Virus record (IMG/VR): IMGVR_UViG_3300023313_000004
Span: 1-64,000 of that record
Length of the DNA: 64,000 nucleotides
Strand: one strand, 5' to 3'
DNA from: a virus
Below the pieces are notes generated by a model. It was given only the letters and a program-made list of their open reading frames with translations. It did not search any database and was not told the origin of the DNA. Shown in pieces: positions 34,140 through 44,135 of the stretch. Position numbers and translations under genes: made by a program. Numbering within the stretch: the stretch's first letter is position 1; each line of letters begins with the position of its first letter.

Positions 34140-37100
34140 TACTTACCCCGTCTATTATCGCCGTATTGAGTGCTATTTCAGTAGTTACATCAGTAGTTAA
34201 TGCCACACTTAAGGTAATGAAGGTATCAGCCCTAAATATTTCTTTTACTGTTACCCCTACGGTGGCAGAGGCTAGCCCTACATCACCTGATTGGGCTAAG
34301 ATTATATGGTTGCCCTTAATGGTACCTACTAGGACACCTATATCCCCTTCTTGTTGTACTACCATATGGGATAGTATTCCAGAATGGGTCAAGGAGCTTA
34401 GGGCAGAGACCCCTTCTTCATAAGAACTAATGGCACCCTTGCCCTCTATGGTAGAGTCCCATAAGGTATAGTCCCCTTCTGGAATCCCTACCCCTCCGCC
34501 CTCTATAATCGCTGTGACTCCCTCAGAGGTTACATCGCCATGCTGTATAGAGGATAATACCCCCATTAGGGTACTTGACCCTACAATTAAGGTCGTATCC
34601 CCCTCTAGTAAACCAGTTATAGCACCTTTGGTACTACTGACGGATAGGACGGAGGAGTTATTCCCTTCTTGGGTCAACCCAGAGTACAACCCTACCAATG
34701 GGATAGGGGTTATAAGGCTTGTAATCGCAGTATTATTCCCCTGAGAAGATTGAACAGTTGCTGCAAGAGGGGACAGTGCCCCTACTGTAGAGGTATTACC
34801 GTCCTGTACCACAACCCCATAGGATAGAAGAGGTGTAGCCGCTGACACTACTGACGTTACAGAGTCCACCCCACTACTACTATAGGTATTTAGAACGGAA
34901 GTGGTGTACACCGTTCCAACATCCCCCCCTTGGGTAGTGTCCACCCCTAGGAATACCTGTGCAGTATTACTCGCAGTAAGAGGGGTGTCCCCTTCTTGCT
35001 GTATTACCACTCCTGCCTGTGCTAGGACGGTTAAACCCTCGGAGGATATATCTCCACCTTGGTAAACGCCTGACAACGCATGTATCTGACCAGAAACCCC
35101 ACTAGAGGAGGTATTATTACCCTGAGTACCTAGGGTAGTTGCTAAGAGGGCACTGTTACTATGTATAATAACTGTATCAGACTCTTGACCCGACAGGGAA
35201 GTACCTGCGGGGGTGGTAGCACCTGTAATTATGGTCGTGTTGCCGTCCTGTAAAAGAGATATAACACTATTAGGGGTGGATTTAATAACCCCTGTATCAC
35301 TCCCTTGTACACCCACGAATACTGATACTAAGCTAGTAGTACTAACACTAATAGTAGAGTTGCTACCCTGAGGGGAGACACTACCTGATTGTATTAGGGT
35401 GGTTAAACCCTCGGAAGCGGTGTCACCCCCCTGATTAGAAAGTATGCCTGCAGGGAGGGCAGAGGTTATACCTCCTATAGAACTATCACCCCCCTGAGGT
35501 AAGGATACCACAACAGCAATAGGGACTAGGGCACTAGAGCTAGAGCTATCGGATACTTGGGTACTACTACCCCCCGATTGGACTAAGGTGGTGACACCCT
35601 CGGAGGATATATCTGACCCCTGCAGGGAGGACACCCCAGAGTTATTGTCTAGGTACCCGTATATGGAGGCACCATCCCCCTGCTGGGAGCTAAGGATAGA
35701 ACCACTACTAGATGCTAGACCAGCATACCCACCGTAATCCCCCTGTTGGAGGAGCACACCTGTAAGGACAGGTACTACTTGTGCACTATAAATACTAGTA
35801 TTACCACTTTGGGTATTTACTACATATATTGCCCCTGCCCCCCCTATAATAAAGGAAGGGCTAATATCATTACCTGCAGTAGAGACCACACCCGATTGGG
35901 CAATAGTTGTAGCACCCTCTGTTGATGTATCCCCTACCTGTAAGGCTTGTATTTGTGCTTGGGTACTAGAGGAGGACTGACTTAGACCCCCATCCCCCTG
36001 CACATACACTAAGGAGTACACATTACCAGAGGTGGCTGCAGAAGAGGCAGTGCCGTCCCCCTCCTGTGAGTAACTACCCTCAGCATTAGTGGTACCATCA
36101 AGAGTTGTTGCACCTACATCCCCTGCCTGCTCCGCCAGAGCTAAACCTTTAATGCTGGCTTTTGCAGCCTCAGATGAGATATTATCCTCTAAGAATACAA
36201 AGGAGGCGGATTCAAGGCTAGAGAAGGAGGCTATAAAAGTAGTGTCCCCGTCTTGGTACAAGGATATTTTACTTTTAGGTGTTGCCTGTGCAGCCATACC
36301 AGAGGTGTGGGCATCCTGAGAGGATACTATCCCCCCAGTAGTGGCACCTATAGTTACCGTGGTTATGGAGGTGTTACTCGTCTGGGTAATAACCACCCCA
36401 GATTGGATGAGAGCATTAAGGTATTCTACGGCAATATCGCCTGCTTGCACTACAGTTACGGACGCAGTAAGGGCACCTGCTATACTGCCCATAACACCGA
36501 AATCTCCTTCTTGGGTAGATATACAATTAAGGGCAGAGACACTCGTTATCCCTGCGGAGAGGGTAACGTCTGAGGTCTGCAGAGATAAGACACTGCCTGT
36601 AGTTAGTGCCGACCCCACAAAGGTAATCCCTACCTGCCCCTCCTGAGGAGTAGTTATACCCCCCTGTAAGGTAGAGGTAGTTCCTTCTGTGGTAATATCC
36701 CCCCCTTGGGTGTTCACTACATGGGAGGTGATAGCCCCTGATTGCACCGCTATAAGAGAGGTATCCCCTTCTTGTGCACTTAAGGTCACAGAGTTGGAGG
36801 GGGTAGAGGAAGATGTAATAGAGAAATAACTCTCTTGGGTTGATACTATTACCCCAGAGACTGCACCTGAGGTAGCAGAGGTAACACTGACCCCATTATC
36901 TTGGGTAAGTACGACCCCTGCTTGAAGGGGAGCTAGAGCTACTTCAGTACCTACATCCCCTGCCTGTGCCGAGGCCATGTTCGCCGTTATAGCACCAGAC
37001 GATATACTTATAGTGGTGCTATCCCCCCCTTGGGGAGTGGTACTTAACGCCACCAAAGTAATGGCAGCATATCCTTGTAGGAAATCCCCTTCTTGTGGGG

Positions 37101-37389
37101 ATATAATCACACAACTTGCTTCAGTTAGGGAGGTGGATAGAGCGGCATTAGACCCCTGATAAGACACGCTGCTGGCGGTGGCGGATACGCTTGCCTGAGC
37201 AACAGATATATCACCCCCCTGCGCCCCTGTAATAACGGCGAGCGCGAGGGCAGCTACTGTAACTAGACTACTATTACCTTCCTGAGCTATATCAGAGACG
37301 GACTGAGGGTTTGTATTTCCTGCTACAGTAGTATCGTGTAGGAGTACGCCCCCAATTATAGTAGGGTCTCCTAAGTATATATTAGCCAT
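34132..37389 (-). CDS. 1085-aa low-complexity Q-x-G-[D/N] repeat virion protein
   Basis: dozens of Q.G[DN] units about every 21 aa; S/T/G/A/V-rich, nearly no K/R. Confidence 0.75.
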   Translation of the reverse strand: MANIYLGDPTIIGGVLLHDTTVAGNTNPQSVSDIAQEGNSSLVTVAALALAVITGAQGGDISVAQASVSATASSVSYQGSNAALSTSLTEASCVIISPQEGDFLQGYAAITLVALSTTPQGGDSTTISISSGAITANMASAQAGDVGTEVALAPLQAGVVLTQDNGVSVTSATSGAVSGVIVSTQESYFSITSSSTPSNSVTLSAQEGDTSLIAVQSGAITSHVVNTQGGDITTEGTTSTLQGGITTPQEGQVGITFVGSALTTGSVLSLQTSDVTLSAGITSVSALNCISTQEGDFGVMGSIAGALTASVTVVQAGDIAVEYLNALIQSGVVITQTSNTSITTVTIGATTGGIVSSQDAHTSGMAAQATPKSKISLYQDGDTTFIASFSSLESASFVFLEDNISSEAAKASIKGLALAEQAGDVGATTLDGTTNAEGSYSQEGDGTASSAATSGNVYSLVYVQGDGGLSQSSSSTQAQIQALQVGDTSTEGATTIAQSGVVSTAGNDISPSFIIGGAGAIYVVNTQSGNTSIYSAQVVPVLTGVLLQQGDYGGYAGLASSSGSILSSQQGDGASIYGYLDNNSGVSSLQGSDISSEGVTTLVQSGGSSTQVSDSSSSSALVPIAVVVSLPQGGDSSIGGITSALPAGILSNQGGDTASEGLTTLIQSGSVSPQGSNSTISVSTTSLVSVFVGVQGSDTGVIKSTPNSVISLLQDGNTTIITGATTPAGTSLSGQESDTVIIHSNSALLATTLGTQGNNTSSSGVSGQIHALSGVYQGGDISSEGLTVLAQAGVVIQQEGDTPLTASNTAQVFLGVDTTQGGDVGTVYTTSVLNTYSSSGVDSVTSVVSAATPLLSYGVVVQDGNTSTVGALSPLAATVQSSQGNNTAITSLITPIPLVGLYSGLTQEGNNSSVLSVSSTKGAITGLLEGDTTLIVGSSTLMGVLSSIQHGDVTSEGVTAIIEGGGVGIPEGDYTLWDSTIEGKGAISSYEEGVSALSSLTHSGILSHMVVQQEGDIGVLVGTIKGNHIILAQSGDVGLASATVGVTVKEIFRADTFITLSVALTTDVTTEIALNTAIIDGVSNG

Positions 37390-37846
37390 TGCCGTTTCCA
37401 GTTACTTGGGGATTTAGAGGTATAGATACCGCTGTCTCAAAGCCTACAGTAGTACCTTGGTCGGGTATCATCATAACCATAGGTAGGTGGTCATCAGGGA
37501 GTGCTAGTTTAGAGAAGGCTACCCAACCAGTATCTGCGGTTGTCTGGGTAGGGTGCCCTGTAGGATGAAAGGAGGTGTATATACCTAGAGGGTAGTCCGT
37601 ATCTAAGACCCCCGTAATGCTATTGATAATAAATACCCTGATTCCATTTGCCGCCAAAGAGGCATCTGCATTGAATACTGTTGCAGTGTAATACCTAATA
37701 ACAGGCTGTATGACCACCCCAGAAGAAGAGCCTGTAAACGAGCCCAAACTCCCCTGTGCAGTAGCCTGCAACCCTCCCGGTATAGTTTGGTTAGCTGCAG
37801 CCCAGTTCCCCGCAGTCGATACGTTCCTAGCATACCAAGTAGCCAT
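37382..37846 (-). CDS. putative virion structural protein
   Basis: 154 aa in the fibre module. Confidence 0.6.
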   Translation of the reverse strand: MATWYARNVSTAGNWAAANQTIPGGLQATAQGSLGSFTGSSSGVVIQPVIRYYTATVFNADASLAANGIRVFIINSITGVLDTDYPLGIYTSFHPTGHPTQTTADTGWVAFSKLALPDDHLPMVMMIPDQGTTVGFETAVSIPLNPQVTGNGNG

Positions 37847-39189
37847 TAGTCATACGCCTTATCAGCGGTTATTGTCCATACAATAGTACCGTCTGTTACT
37901 AAATCACCCACTGCTAGTCCAGTCCATACAGGAGGGGTAAGCCCTGAGACCCCTGCTGTAGTACACACCGCATGTTGCCCTGCTGAGGTAGGAGCAACTA
38001 AAGTGGCAGGTATGCCCACGGCTGCTACTACACCTGTCATACTAGCTGACCAAAAACCTAGCTGGTATCCTTTTACGGCGTTGGTGCATATAGTTTCAAC
38101 GGTACGCATTGTCCACACGACTGCACCATCAGTAACAGTACTCCCCTCTACTAAGTTTAAGGTACCCCATAAAGGCTCAGACGCGCCTGTTGCACCCCCC
38201 GTTGTACATAAAGCAACTAATTTAGCATACTCCGCTGGGTTAATTTGAGCACCCACACCATATACTGCTGCTTGCCATAAGTTGCCACTGGCTGGGTCGG
38301 GCACAACATAAAAATACTCTGCTACATCACCAAAGGCTCTCGTGAATACCACCTCCCCAACACCAGTTGCTGGAGGCGCAATATTGGGGTCTGCAGAACC
38401 AATACCTGCAACGCCAAAGCCTATTAGCCCCACATTACCCGTATGCGCCATAGTCAAAGCATCGTACTCGTAAACCTTTGTTCCTATAGGTAGGGGCACC
38501 CCTTTGGAGTCGTGAAAACGCTCCCTGTTTTCTACGAGAGCCCCTGTAACGGCGGGGGTCTCAGTAGTTATTAGTATGTATGCTGCCAGTAACCCACCTG
38601 CCGCCCAGCCTGTTGTAAACTTAATACCAGAGGATGTGCCGCCATTCCCTACAGCCCTCATTACTAGGTGCCCACCTACGGGGACGGTCACTGTTTTTGC
38701 CGCAGTACCCGTAGTAGCAAAAACACCTGTAGGGTTCACCCAAGAACTAGCAGACCCAACATATGTACCTAAGGGCACAGATGCCACGCGAGTAGACGCA
38801 GTACCTGCACCATTAACTGAGTACGCATCCACAAAGTACTTATGAGAGGCTGAGCGTTTTAGGCTACCCCTAAATTTATCTACCCTTACTTTAGTGGCTT
38901 TCGTATAGGCAGCCCCTAAACAAAAAGAGCCAACGGAGTAGTATGTTGCAGCCCCTGTAGATATACCAGACATTAACTGAGTTGTAGAGGCTACAGTCAT
39001 ACCCCCTGCAGCACTGGGAGGGGCAGTAAGCGCAGTGTTTTGTACAGGGGCAAGGATTAAGTGGTCTTTCCATGCGGCGTTCTTTGTTACGGCCGTGTTG
39101 GCAGGCTTAGCAGCTGCAGCACCCGGAGTAACAAACCCCGGCATTAACGTGGTAGCCGCTGCACCAATAATACCAAAATACTTAGACAT
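37846..39189 (-). CDS. tail fibre/appendage protein with Trp-containing carbohydrate-binding-like repeats
   Basis: two W....CTT.G.[TS]G...P.W.....G..VTDG..VWT repeats. Confidence 0.65.
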   Translation of the reverse strand: MSKYFGIIGAAATTLMPGFVTPGAAAAKPANTAVTKNAAWKDHLILAPVQNTALTAPPSAAGGMTVASTTQLMSGISTGAATYYSVGSFCLGAAYTKATKVRVDKFRGSLKRSASHKYFVDAYSVNGAGTASTRVASVPLGTYVGSASSWVNPTGVFATTGTAAKTVTVPVGGHLVMRAVGNGGTSSGIKFTTGWAAGGLLAAYILITTETPAVTGALVENRERFHDSKGVPLPIGTKVYEYDALTMAHTGNVGLIGFGVAGIGSADPNIAPPATGVGEVVFTRAFGDVAEYFYVVPDPASGNLWQAAVYGVGAQINPAEYAKLVALCTTGGATGASEPLWGTLNLVEGSTVTDGAVVWTMRTVETICTNAVKGYQLGFWSASMTGVVAAVGIPATLVAPTSAGQHAVCTTAGVSGLTPPVWTGLAVGDLVTDGTIVWTITADKAYD

Positions 39190-39201
39190 AGTTATAACCC
39201 C

Positions 39202-39552
39202 TTACTTAAATGAGAATCTAGCATCAAACATAGTAACCACTTGTAGCTCATCCAGCTTCCAAGTGTGTAGGGCACTAGAAACGCCTGCAGTAGGCTTCCC
39301 ATTAGTGCATTTATCTATCTCTTTGAACACTACAGAGAACACGTCATACCTGTCTAATTTACCATTAGGTGTGCCAAGAGCATAATGCTTCGCTGCAAAG
39401 ACAAAAGCCTCTAGCTGCATCTTGGTTACAGTCCTTGACCTAGCATTTTCTAAGGTACTACCTTTAACGTACACAATAAGCTCATCGAACAATTCTTCTA
39501 AAGGGTAGGCACTACGAACCTCGCCCCTGCTTCTAAATCTAGTGATTGCCAT
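39202..39552 (-). CDS. hypothetical protein
   Basis: 116-aa ORF. Confidence 0.55.
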   Translation of the reverse strand: MAITRFRSRGEVRSAYPLEELFDELIVYVKGSTLENARSRTVTKMQLEAFVFAAKHYALGTPNGKLDRYDVFSVVFKEIDKCTNGKPTAGVSSALHTWKLDELQVVTMFDARFSFK

Positions 39553-41056
39553 GTAAGACCTCTAATAACTCTGAAAGATATTTCTTATAGGGTGTCGCCC
39601 TGTTCACGCTAGAACTATACAAAGGCTTAACTACTTGGGCTAAGGACGCTGTACGCACGTTCCTTTTTAGGTTATAAAAGGATGTGCATCCCTCCTCAAA
39701 AGGTACCCCTATATAATTAAGAATGCCTTGGGTGGTCTCCCTCTGGTTAGTGACCATATCCTCATAGTTAACTTGATGTATCGTTCCTTTGGGAAGGATA
39801 CTGCCCCATAAGTCCATTAGCCATAGGTGGTGATTGTACTCCTTGCCTAACTCTGTTTGGTCAAAGGAATAATCATGCCTATGTGCAAAGAGGGTAGTAA
39901 GGCAAGAGAAACAGTTATCTACTGCATCTCTTTTACAATAAATAAATTTGGCAGTTGGGAACATTGCGTAGATAAGAGGGATAAACTTGTAGTTTGCAGG
40001 CATTTTATCCACCGCAAATTTAGTGTCAAAATGCCTCACCCTATCGGATAAGTATGTCTCTGCTAGGTCTTCTGGGCAGGAAGGAACATCACTACTATGC
40101 TGCGCCCAGAGCTTACTAAAATCATGGGCGGACTCTGATACAGACATTAGTTCCCCAAGGGCAGTAATATCACTATGGCTACCTAGTATCTGCTCTACCA
40201 AAGTAGTACCACTTCTTGGCATACCAAAAACAAATACTAAGGGGGATTCACCCTCTGTAGGAGGCATCTCTTTAAAGAAGTCCTTAGTGAATACCTCTTT
40301 ATACTTCGTAGCTATATCTTTATAGTTAGGATAATTAACCCTACTCTTCTTCACAGTGTCATTGGCGGTGTTGTACGCCCCCCAAGAACCCTCTACATCC
40401 CCTCTTTGCTCCAAGAGCCTACCTAGCCCATTATATAACATAGGTAATTTATCTTTAGGGGTGGAAAGCCTTGATAAGACCTCTCGTACTTTCGTCTCTG
40501 TGCATACAGAGGAAGCGGCATGGTCAAATAGAGGGAGTGCGTGGCAGTACGCTAGCCAAGAATCAGGCCTAGCAGAGATAATATCTTCAAGGTAAGAACA
40601 AGAGACTTTTATCTCAGAGCACTCAACTAATAACTCCGCCACCACCAATTTTAGTTCAAGGTTCTCTCCGCAGTTTATACCCCTCAATACTTCAGATGCT
40701 TTAATAGACTCAAATTCAGAGATAAGGGCTTTAGCATATCCTAGTCCTATACTAGCATCAAAGGGGTTAAGGGTGTATGCCCTCCCCATTAGAGAGGTAT
40801 CCCCCATTAGGCTGCCTACGATAATAAGGACACTAGGGTCATCACTATAAAGGCGTAGTAGTGTAGCAGCCACTTTTTTAGCTTCATCTATATGCCCCTG
40901 AGCGTGGGCAATTTGTGCCATACCTATCAAAGCATCCTTATTGTCTGGGTCTTGGGATAATACGATATTAAACCCCTGCTCCGCAGCGAGGGGGTTTCCT
41001 TGGTCTAAATACATGGTCGCGCTATTTAGGTGCTCTATAAGCTGCCCTTTTTTCAT
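39539..41056 (-). CDS. TPR-repeat sulfotransferase
   Basis: N-terminal TPRs; FVFGMPRSGTTLVEQILGSH, DKMPANY, RDAVDNCFS, RTAS.AQV.KPLY..SV.R. Confidence 0.92.
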   Translation of the reverse strand: MKKGQLIEHLNSATMYLDQGNPLAAEQGFNIVLSQDPDNKDALIGMAQIAHAQGHIDEAKKVAATLLRLYSDDPSVLIIVGSLMGDTSLMGRAYTLNPFDASIGLGYAKALISEFESIKASEVLRGINCGENLELKLVVAELLVECSEIKVSCSYLEDIISARPDSWLAYCHALPLFDHAASSVCTETKVREVLSRLSTPKDKLPMLYNGLGRLLEQRGDVEGSWGAYNTANDTVKKSRVNYPNYKDIATKYKEVFTKDFFKEMPPTEGESPLVFVFGMPRSGTTLVEQILGSHSDITALGELMSVSESAHDFSKLWAQHSSDVPSCPEDLAETYLSDRVRHFDTKFAVDKMPANYKFIPLIYAMFPTAKFIYCKRDAVDNCFSCLTTLFAHRHDYSFDQTELGKEYNHHLWLMDLWGSILPKGTIHQVNYEDMVTNQRETTQGILNYIGVPFEEGCTSFYNLKRNVRTASLAQVVKPLYSSSVNRATPYKKYLSELLEVLHGNH

Positions 41057-41469
41057 AGAGTTACACTCATAGAGGAGATAGATACTTTATCAGAGGTAGT
41101 AATGACTGTCCCAGCAGCCCCGTCTGCCAGCTCCATATCCGCACCTGAGCCTACAGCCCCAACATCCCCATCCATAATGTGGGCGGCTAAGGAAGGCACA
41201 ATATTGTCGTACATTCTGAACCATGTAGCTGACCCATTAGCATCCCCTAGTAAATCGGAGGCGGTTGCGTTTAGGGTCGCTGTGCGTAAAACAGAAGCAT
41301 TAAATGGCGATGCACTTAATGGTATAGTTGCTAAGGTTATGCCTGTGGCGGCAGTGTCAGGTGTTAAAGGTCTAACCCCAGTGCGTAGCTCTAAGCAGCC
41401 ATTGGAGAAAGGTATTAGGAAGGAATCTATAGCTGTATTCGCCCCCAAAATTGAAATAGAATAAGCCAT
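41053..41469 (-). CDS. small virion structural protein (paralogue of 41529..41948)
   Basis: L..RTG..P..PD.A.TG..LATI, GSATWFR, MDG.VG..GSGADM. Confidence 0.7.
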   Translation of the reverse strand: MAYSISILGANTAIDSFLIPFSNGCLELRTGVRPLTPDTAATGITLATIPLSASPFNASVLRTATLNATASDLLGDANGSATWFRMYDNIVPSLAAHIMDGDVGAVGSGADMELADGAAGTVITTSDKVSISSMSVTL

Positions 41470-41490
41470 TATTAGTCCTCTAAATGATTA

Positions 41491-41520
41491 AGAAAAAAGG
41501 AGGGCTGTGAAGCCCCCCCT
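41491..41520 (-). terminator. intrinsic terminator
   Basis: GGGGGC-ttcaca-GCCCTCC followed by T7 on the - strand. Confidence 0.55.
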
Positions 41521-41528
41521 AGTGGGTA

Positions 41529-41948
41529 TTATGCGTTACCAGCTGTGCGAGTCAAAGTGTTAATGTTTACCGTTTGAGTATTAGCTACAGATACGTTATC
41601 CATAGTCATATCACCACCACCGCCTGTAGCAGTTACCGTTCCTTGCTCATGGCATACTGTGCCTGCTGAGTCATAGATACGGTAGGCTAACACTGCTGTA
41701 CCTGCTGCGGCTGCTGCGATACCAGTAACGGTAAACGGTGCGCCCAAGATAGTTTTTGCACCTGCTGATGCAGTAGTAGACCAATCTGCAGGTAGTGTGC
41801 CTGTAGCGATAGAGACAGCTGTAGGTGCTGTACCGCAGTTTACAGGGTTTGCTCCGTCATATAAACGAACAATAGGAGAGGTACCAATAGTGGTCTCCCA
41901 TGCGTCTAGCTGAGCATTTCTTACGGATACTGAATATTGTAATGCCAT
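41529..41948 (-). CDS. small virion structural protein
   Basis: RNA.LD......G....RLY.G..P, QGTVT.TGGGGDM..DN.S; AAGGAGG RBS and own terminator. Confidence 0.75.
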   Translation of the reverse strand: MALQYSVSVRNAQLDAWETTIGTSPIVRLYDGANPVNCGTAPTAVSIATGTLPADWSTTASAGAKTILGAPFTVTGIAAAAAGTAVLAYRIYDSAGTVCHEQGTVTATGGGGDMTMDNVSVANTQTVNINTLTRTAGNA

Positions 41949-42002
41949 GGCGTATAGCCTCCTTACTTAAGTGCGACCAACCCTAGATGCCCCGAATAGT
42001 CT

Positions 42003-42410
42003 TTACAACTCTCTTACGATAGGAGGGTCGCCCTTCCTACGGTGGGGGTACAAGGCTAAACCTTCTTCCCCTAGCACAATAAACCTACGAATAGCTATGA
42101 TATATGCGTAGGCAAATAGCGTTAGAGACAGGGAGAGCAGTTCTTCTACAATAGCATAGGCCTTATCCTCAGGGGCTATTAGGGTATAATAAATATGCAG
42201 TGTTTGTAATACACAGACTAGGGATGCCGCGACTGCACCTGAGAACACTACAAGGATATTAGCATACATCTGTAGCCTTTCGTACACACTACGTTGGGGG
42301 TTGTTTGAGTATTGTTCCTTAGGTTGAGTATAAATATTAGCTAGCTTATATAGTAGGCAGATACACCCTATGTATGCGGCTAGGTTTATTATATCAATAT
42401 ATAGGTACAC
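42003..42410 (-). CDS. membrane protein (3 TM)
   Basis: three hydrophobic segments, C-terminal RRKGD. Confidence 0.6.
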   Translation of the reverse strand: MYLYIDIINLAAYIGCICLLYKLANIYTQPKEQYSNNPQRSVYERLQMYANILVVFSGAVAASLVCVLQTLHIYYTLIAPEDKAYAIVEELLSLSLTLFAYAYIIAIRRFIVLGEEGLALYPHRRKGDPPIVREL

Positions 42411-42412
42411 CC

Positions 42413-42730
42413 TTAGCTCTTCCCTACTGCGACTAGAGCCGCTGCTGCGAAGCCCAGAAATATTATAGCAGCAATACTTTTTCCTAATGAGGAGAAGAAC
42501 CCTTCCCCCATACTATCCATCCTATGCATCCAAGTCTGAAGAAACTTATGCTCCTCGTCATGGGTGGTGTGTAGCTCCGCCTTTATAACCTCTGCCACTC
42601 TTCTTAGCTCTGAGGCTTCGTGCTCTTGTATCATTACTTTTACAGCGGCAAGAGTCTCTTCCCTAGACCTAGAGTGTTCTTCCTTAATAAGTTGCATAAG
42701 TACCTGTAAGTCTGAGCCCTCAATAGCCAC
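42413..42730 (-). CDS. hypothetical protein with C-terminal TM
   Basis: H.EEH.F...W then a hydrophobic tail. Confidence 0.6.
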   Translation of the reverse strand: MAIEGSDLQVLMQLIKEEHSRSREETLAAVKVMIQEHEASELRRVAEVIKAELHTTHDEEHKFLQTWMHRMDSMGEGFFSSLGKSIAAIIFLGFAAAALVAVGKS

Positions 42731-42734
42731 CCTA

Positions 42735-43064
42735 CTACACCTGTACTTGTACTACTACAGCACCTGTACCTGTTCTAACTGCCTGCACAAAGTTGTACTT
42801 AGCTGGGAGAACGTAAAGAGACCCTACGGTGGTCAAAGCAGCAACTGTATAAATATCTACCCATGGGGCGAGGGGGGTTAACTTAGCCTGTACCACTACG
42901 GATGTAGCTGCAGGGGTAGGGGATACTTGGACTATACTAGGGGCAGAGGCCACCAAAGATGTGTTAGCGTCTATACCTGTAATAGCTAGGGCTGTATCTA
43001 GTATCGTGTATGCAGGGCTCTCCTGCTTATCTTGCATAGTAATTAAAGGCATATATCTCTCCAA
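42735..43064 (-). CDS. putative structural protein
   Basis: beta-rich ORF in the tail module. Confidence 0.55.
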   Translation of the reverse strand: MERYMPLITMQDKQESPAYTILDTALAITGIDANTSLVASAPSIVQVSPTPAATSVVVQAKLTPLAPWVDIYTVAALTTVGSLYVLPAKYNFVQAVRTGTGAVVVQVQV

Positions 43065-43100
43065 AGTGTTGCGCTACGGTAGCCCCTCCTAGGGGGGCAA

Positions 43101-43325
43101 TCAAATATAGAATATGGGCAGGGTGCTAACCCCTTTTACTTGTCCTGTGATAATACCATTCCTCACCCTTACATCCACACCTACAGGGTGCGACCCCTCT
43201 AATTCCACCGTACCCTTGATGGTAGAAAGGAGGACTTTAGACCCCTGACTAGATAGGACGGTGCCAGTATAAGAATCCCCCGATGATAATAGGAGTCTTA
43301 AGGACGCTAGGCTGTTAGTAGGCAT
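43101..43325 (-). CDS. small tail-tip protein
   Basis: GTV...G...V.VG..V.V.NG.I.G pattern at the end of the tail operon. Confidence 0.55.
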   Translation of the reverse strand: MPTNSLASLRLLLSSGDSYTGTVLSSQGSKVLLSTIKGTVELEGSHPVGVDVRVRNGIITGQVKGVSTLPIFYI

Positions 43326-43620
43326 ATCTAAGGACTTGTAACTCTGTAACTGTATCTGTAGCACTGCTTAGGTGTCTTATGCGGATTATCTTGCCTCTCC
43401 ATGAAGACCCTGTGAGGGCATCAAAGGCTTCCAACAACATACCCCTAACAACCCCTGCGCTATAAATAACCGTCAAAGTTACGGTACTACCCGCCAAAGA
43501 ATTGGCATCTAGCTCACTAGCACCTCTAGCCAAGGCTACGGAGGTGGTAGAAAGAAGGGGGGACACTATGCCTTCACCAAAGGTACTTCCCCCCACCCTA
43601 GATACAACAATATCTATCAT
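43315..43620 (-). CDS. tail-tip/hub-associated protein
   Basis: I.SPLLST..VALARG..ELD...W.GKI. Confidence 0.55.
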   Translation of the reverse strand: MIDIVVSRVGGSTFGEGIVSPLLSTTSVALARGASELDANSLAGSTVTLTVIYSAGVVRGMLLEAFDALTGSSWRGKIIRIRHLSSATDTVTELQVLRYAY

Positions 43621-44135
43621 ACAATAGGGTCTATAGAGGCGTTGCCAGTAATATATACTACTATGGAGAACACTGATTCTCCTCCCATAGTGGCAGGAGA
43701 TGCAATTTTAAATGCTTCAAAACCAGTAGTGTACACTACTTTTAATGCCCCTACTCCTGTCGTAGAAGCCACAAGTTGGTTCTCCTCTGTAACAGTTATG
43801 GAGCCTAGGCTTTTCCCTAGCCATGTGAAGCTACTAAGGGATTTTACAGGTTTGCTAGAGGTAGCAACATTAGAACCCGCATATGTGAGTATCTCTGTTA
43901 CCTCCATAGTCCCAGAACCCATACTAATAACAGAACCATAAGAGGCCTCCTGAGTTATCAGGTTTTGGGATACTGAAGCAGTGGTGTATAGTAGGTAATA
44001 TGCATCGTCTCCCGGAAAAAAAGAGGTCTTGCCTTTGTTATATCCGTCTGCCCTACCGTCTATTTCTGCAGAAAGTATGCCTGTGGCATCTAAGGTACCA
44101 AATTGGACTACTATGCTAGTGGTTACTTCACCCAT
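43617..44135 (-). CDS. tail protein
   Basis: E.LT......S.SKPV...W.G motif shared with the C-terminus of 44135..46057. Confidence 0.6.
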   Translation of the reverse strand: MGEVTTSIVVQFGTLDATGILSAEIDGRADGYNKGKTSFFPGDDAYYLLYTTASVSQNLITQEASYGSVISMGSGTMEVTEILTYAGSNVATSSKPVKSLSSFTWLGKSLGSITVTEENQLVASTTGVGALKVVYTTGFEAFKIASPATMGGESVFSIVVYITGNASIDPIV

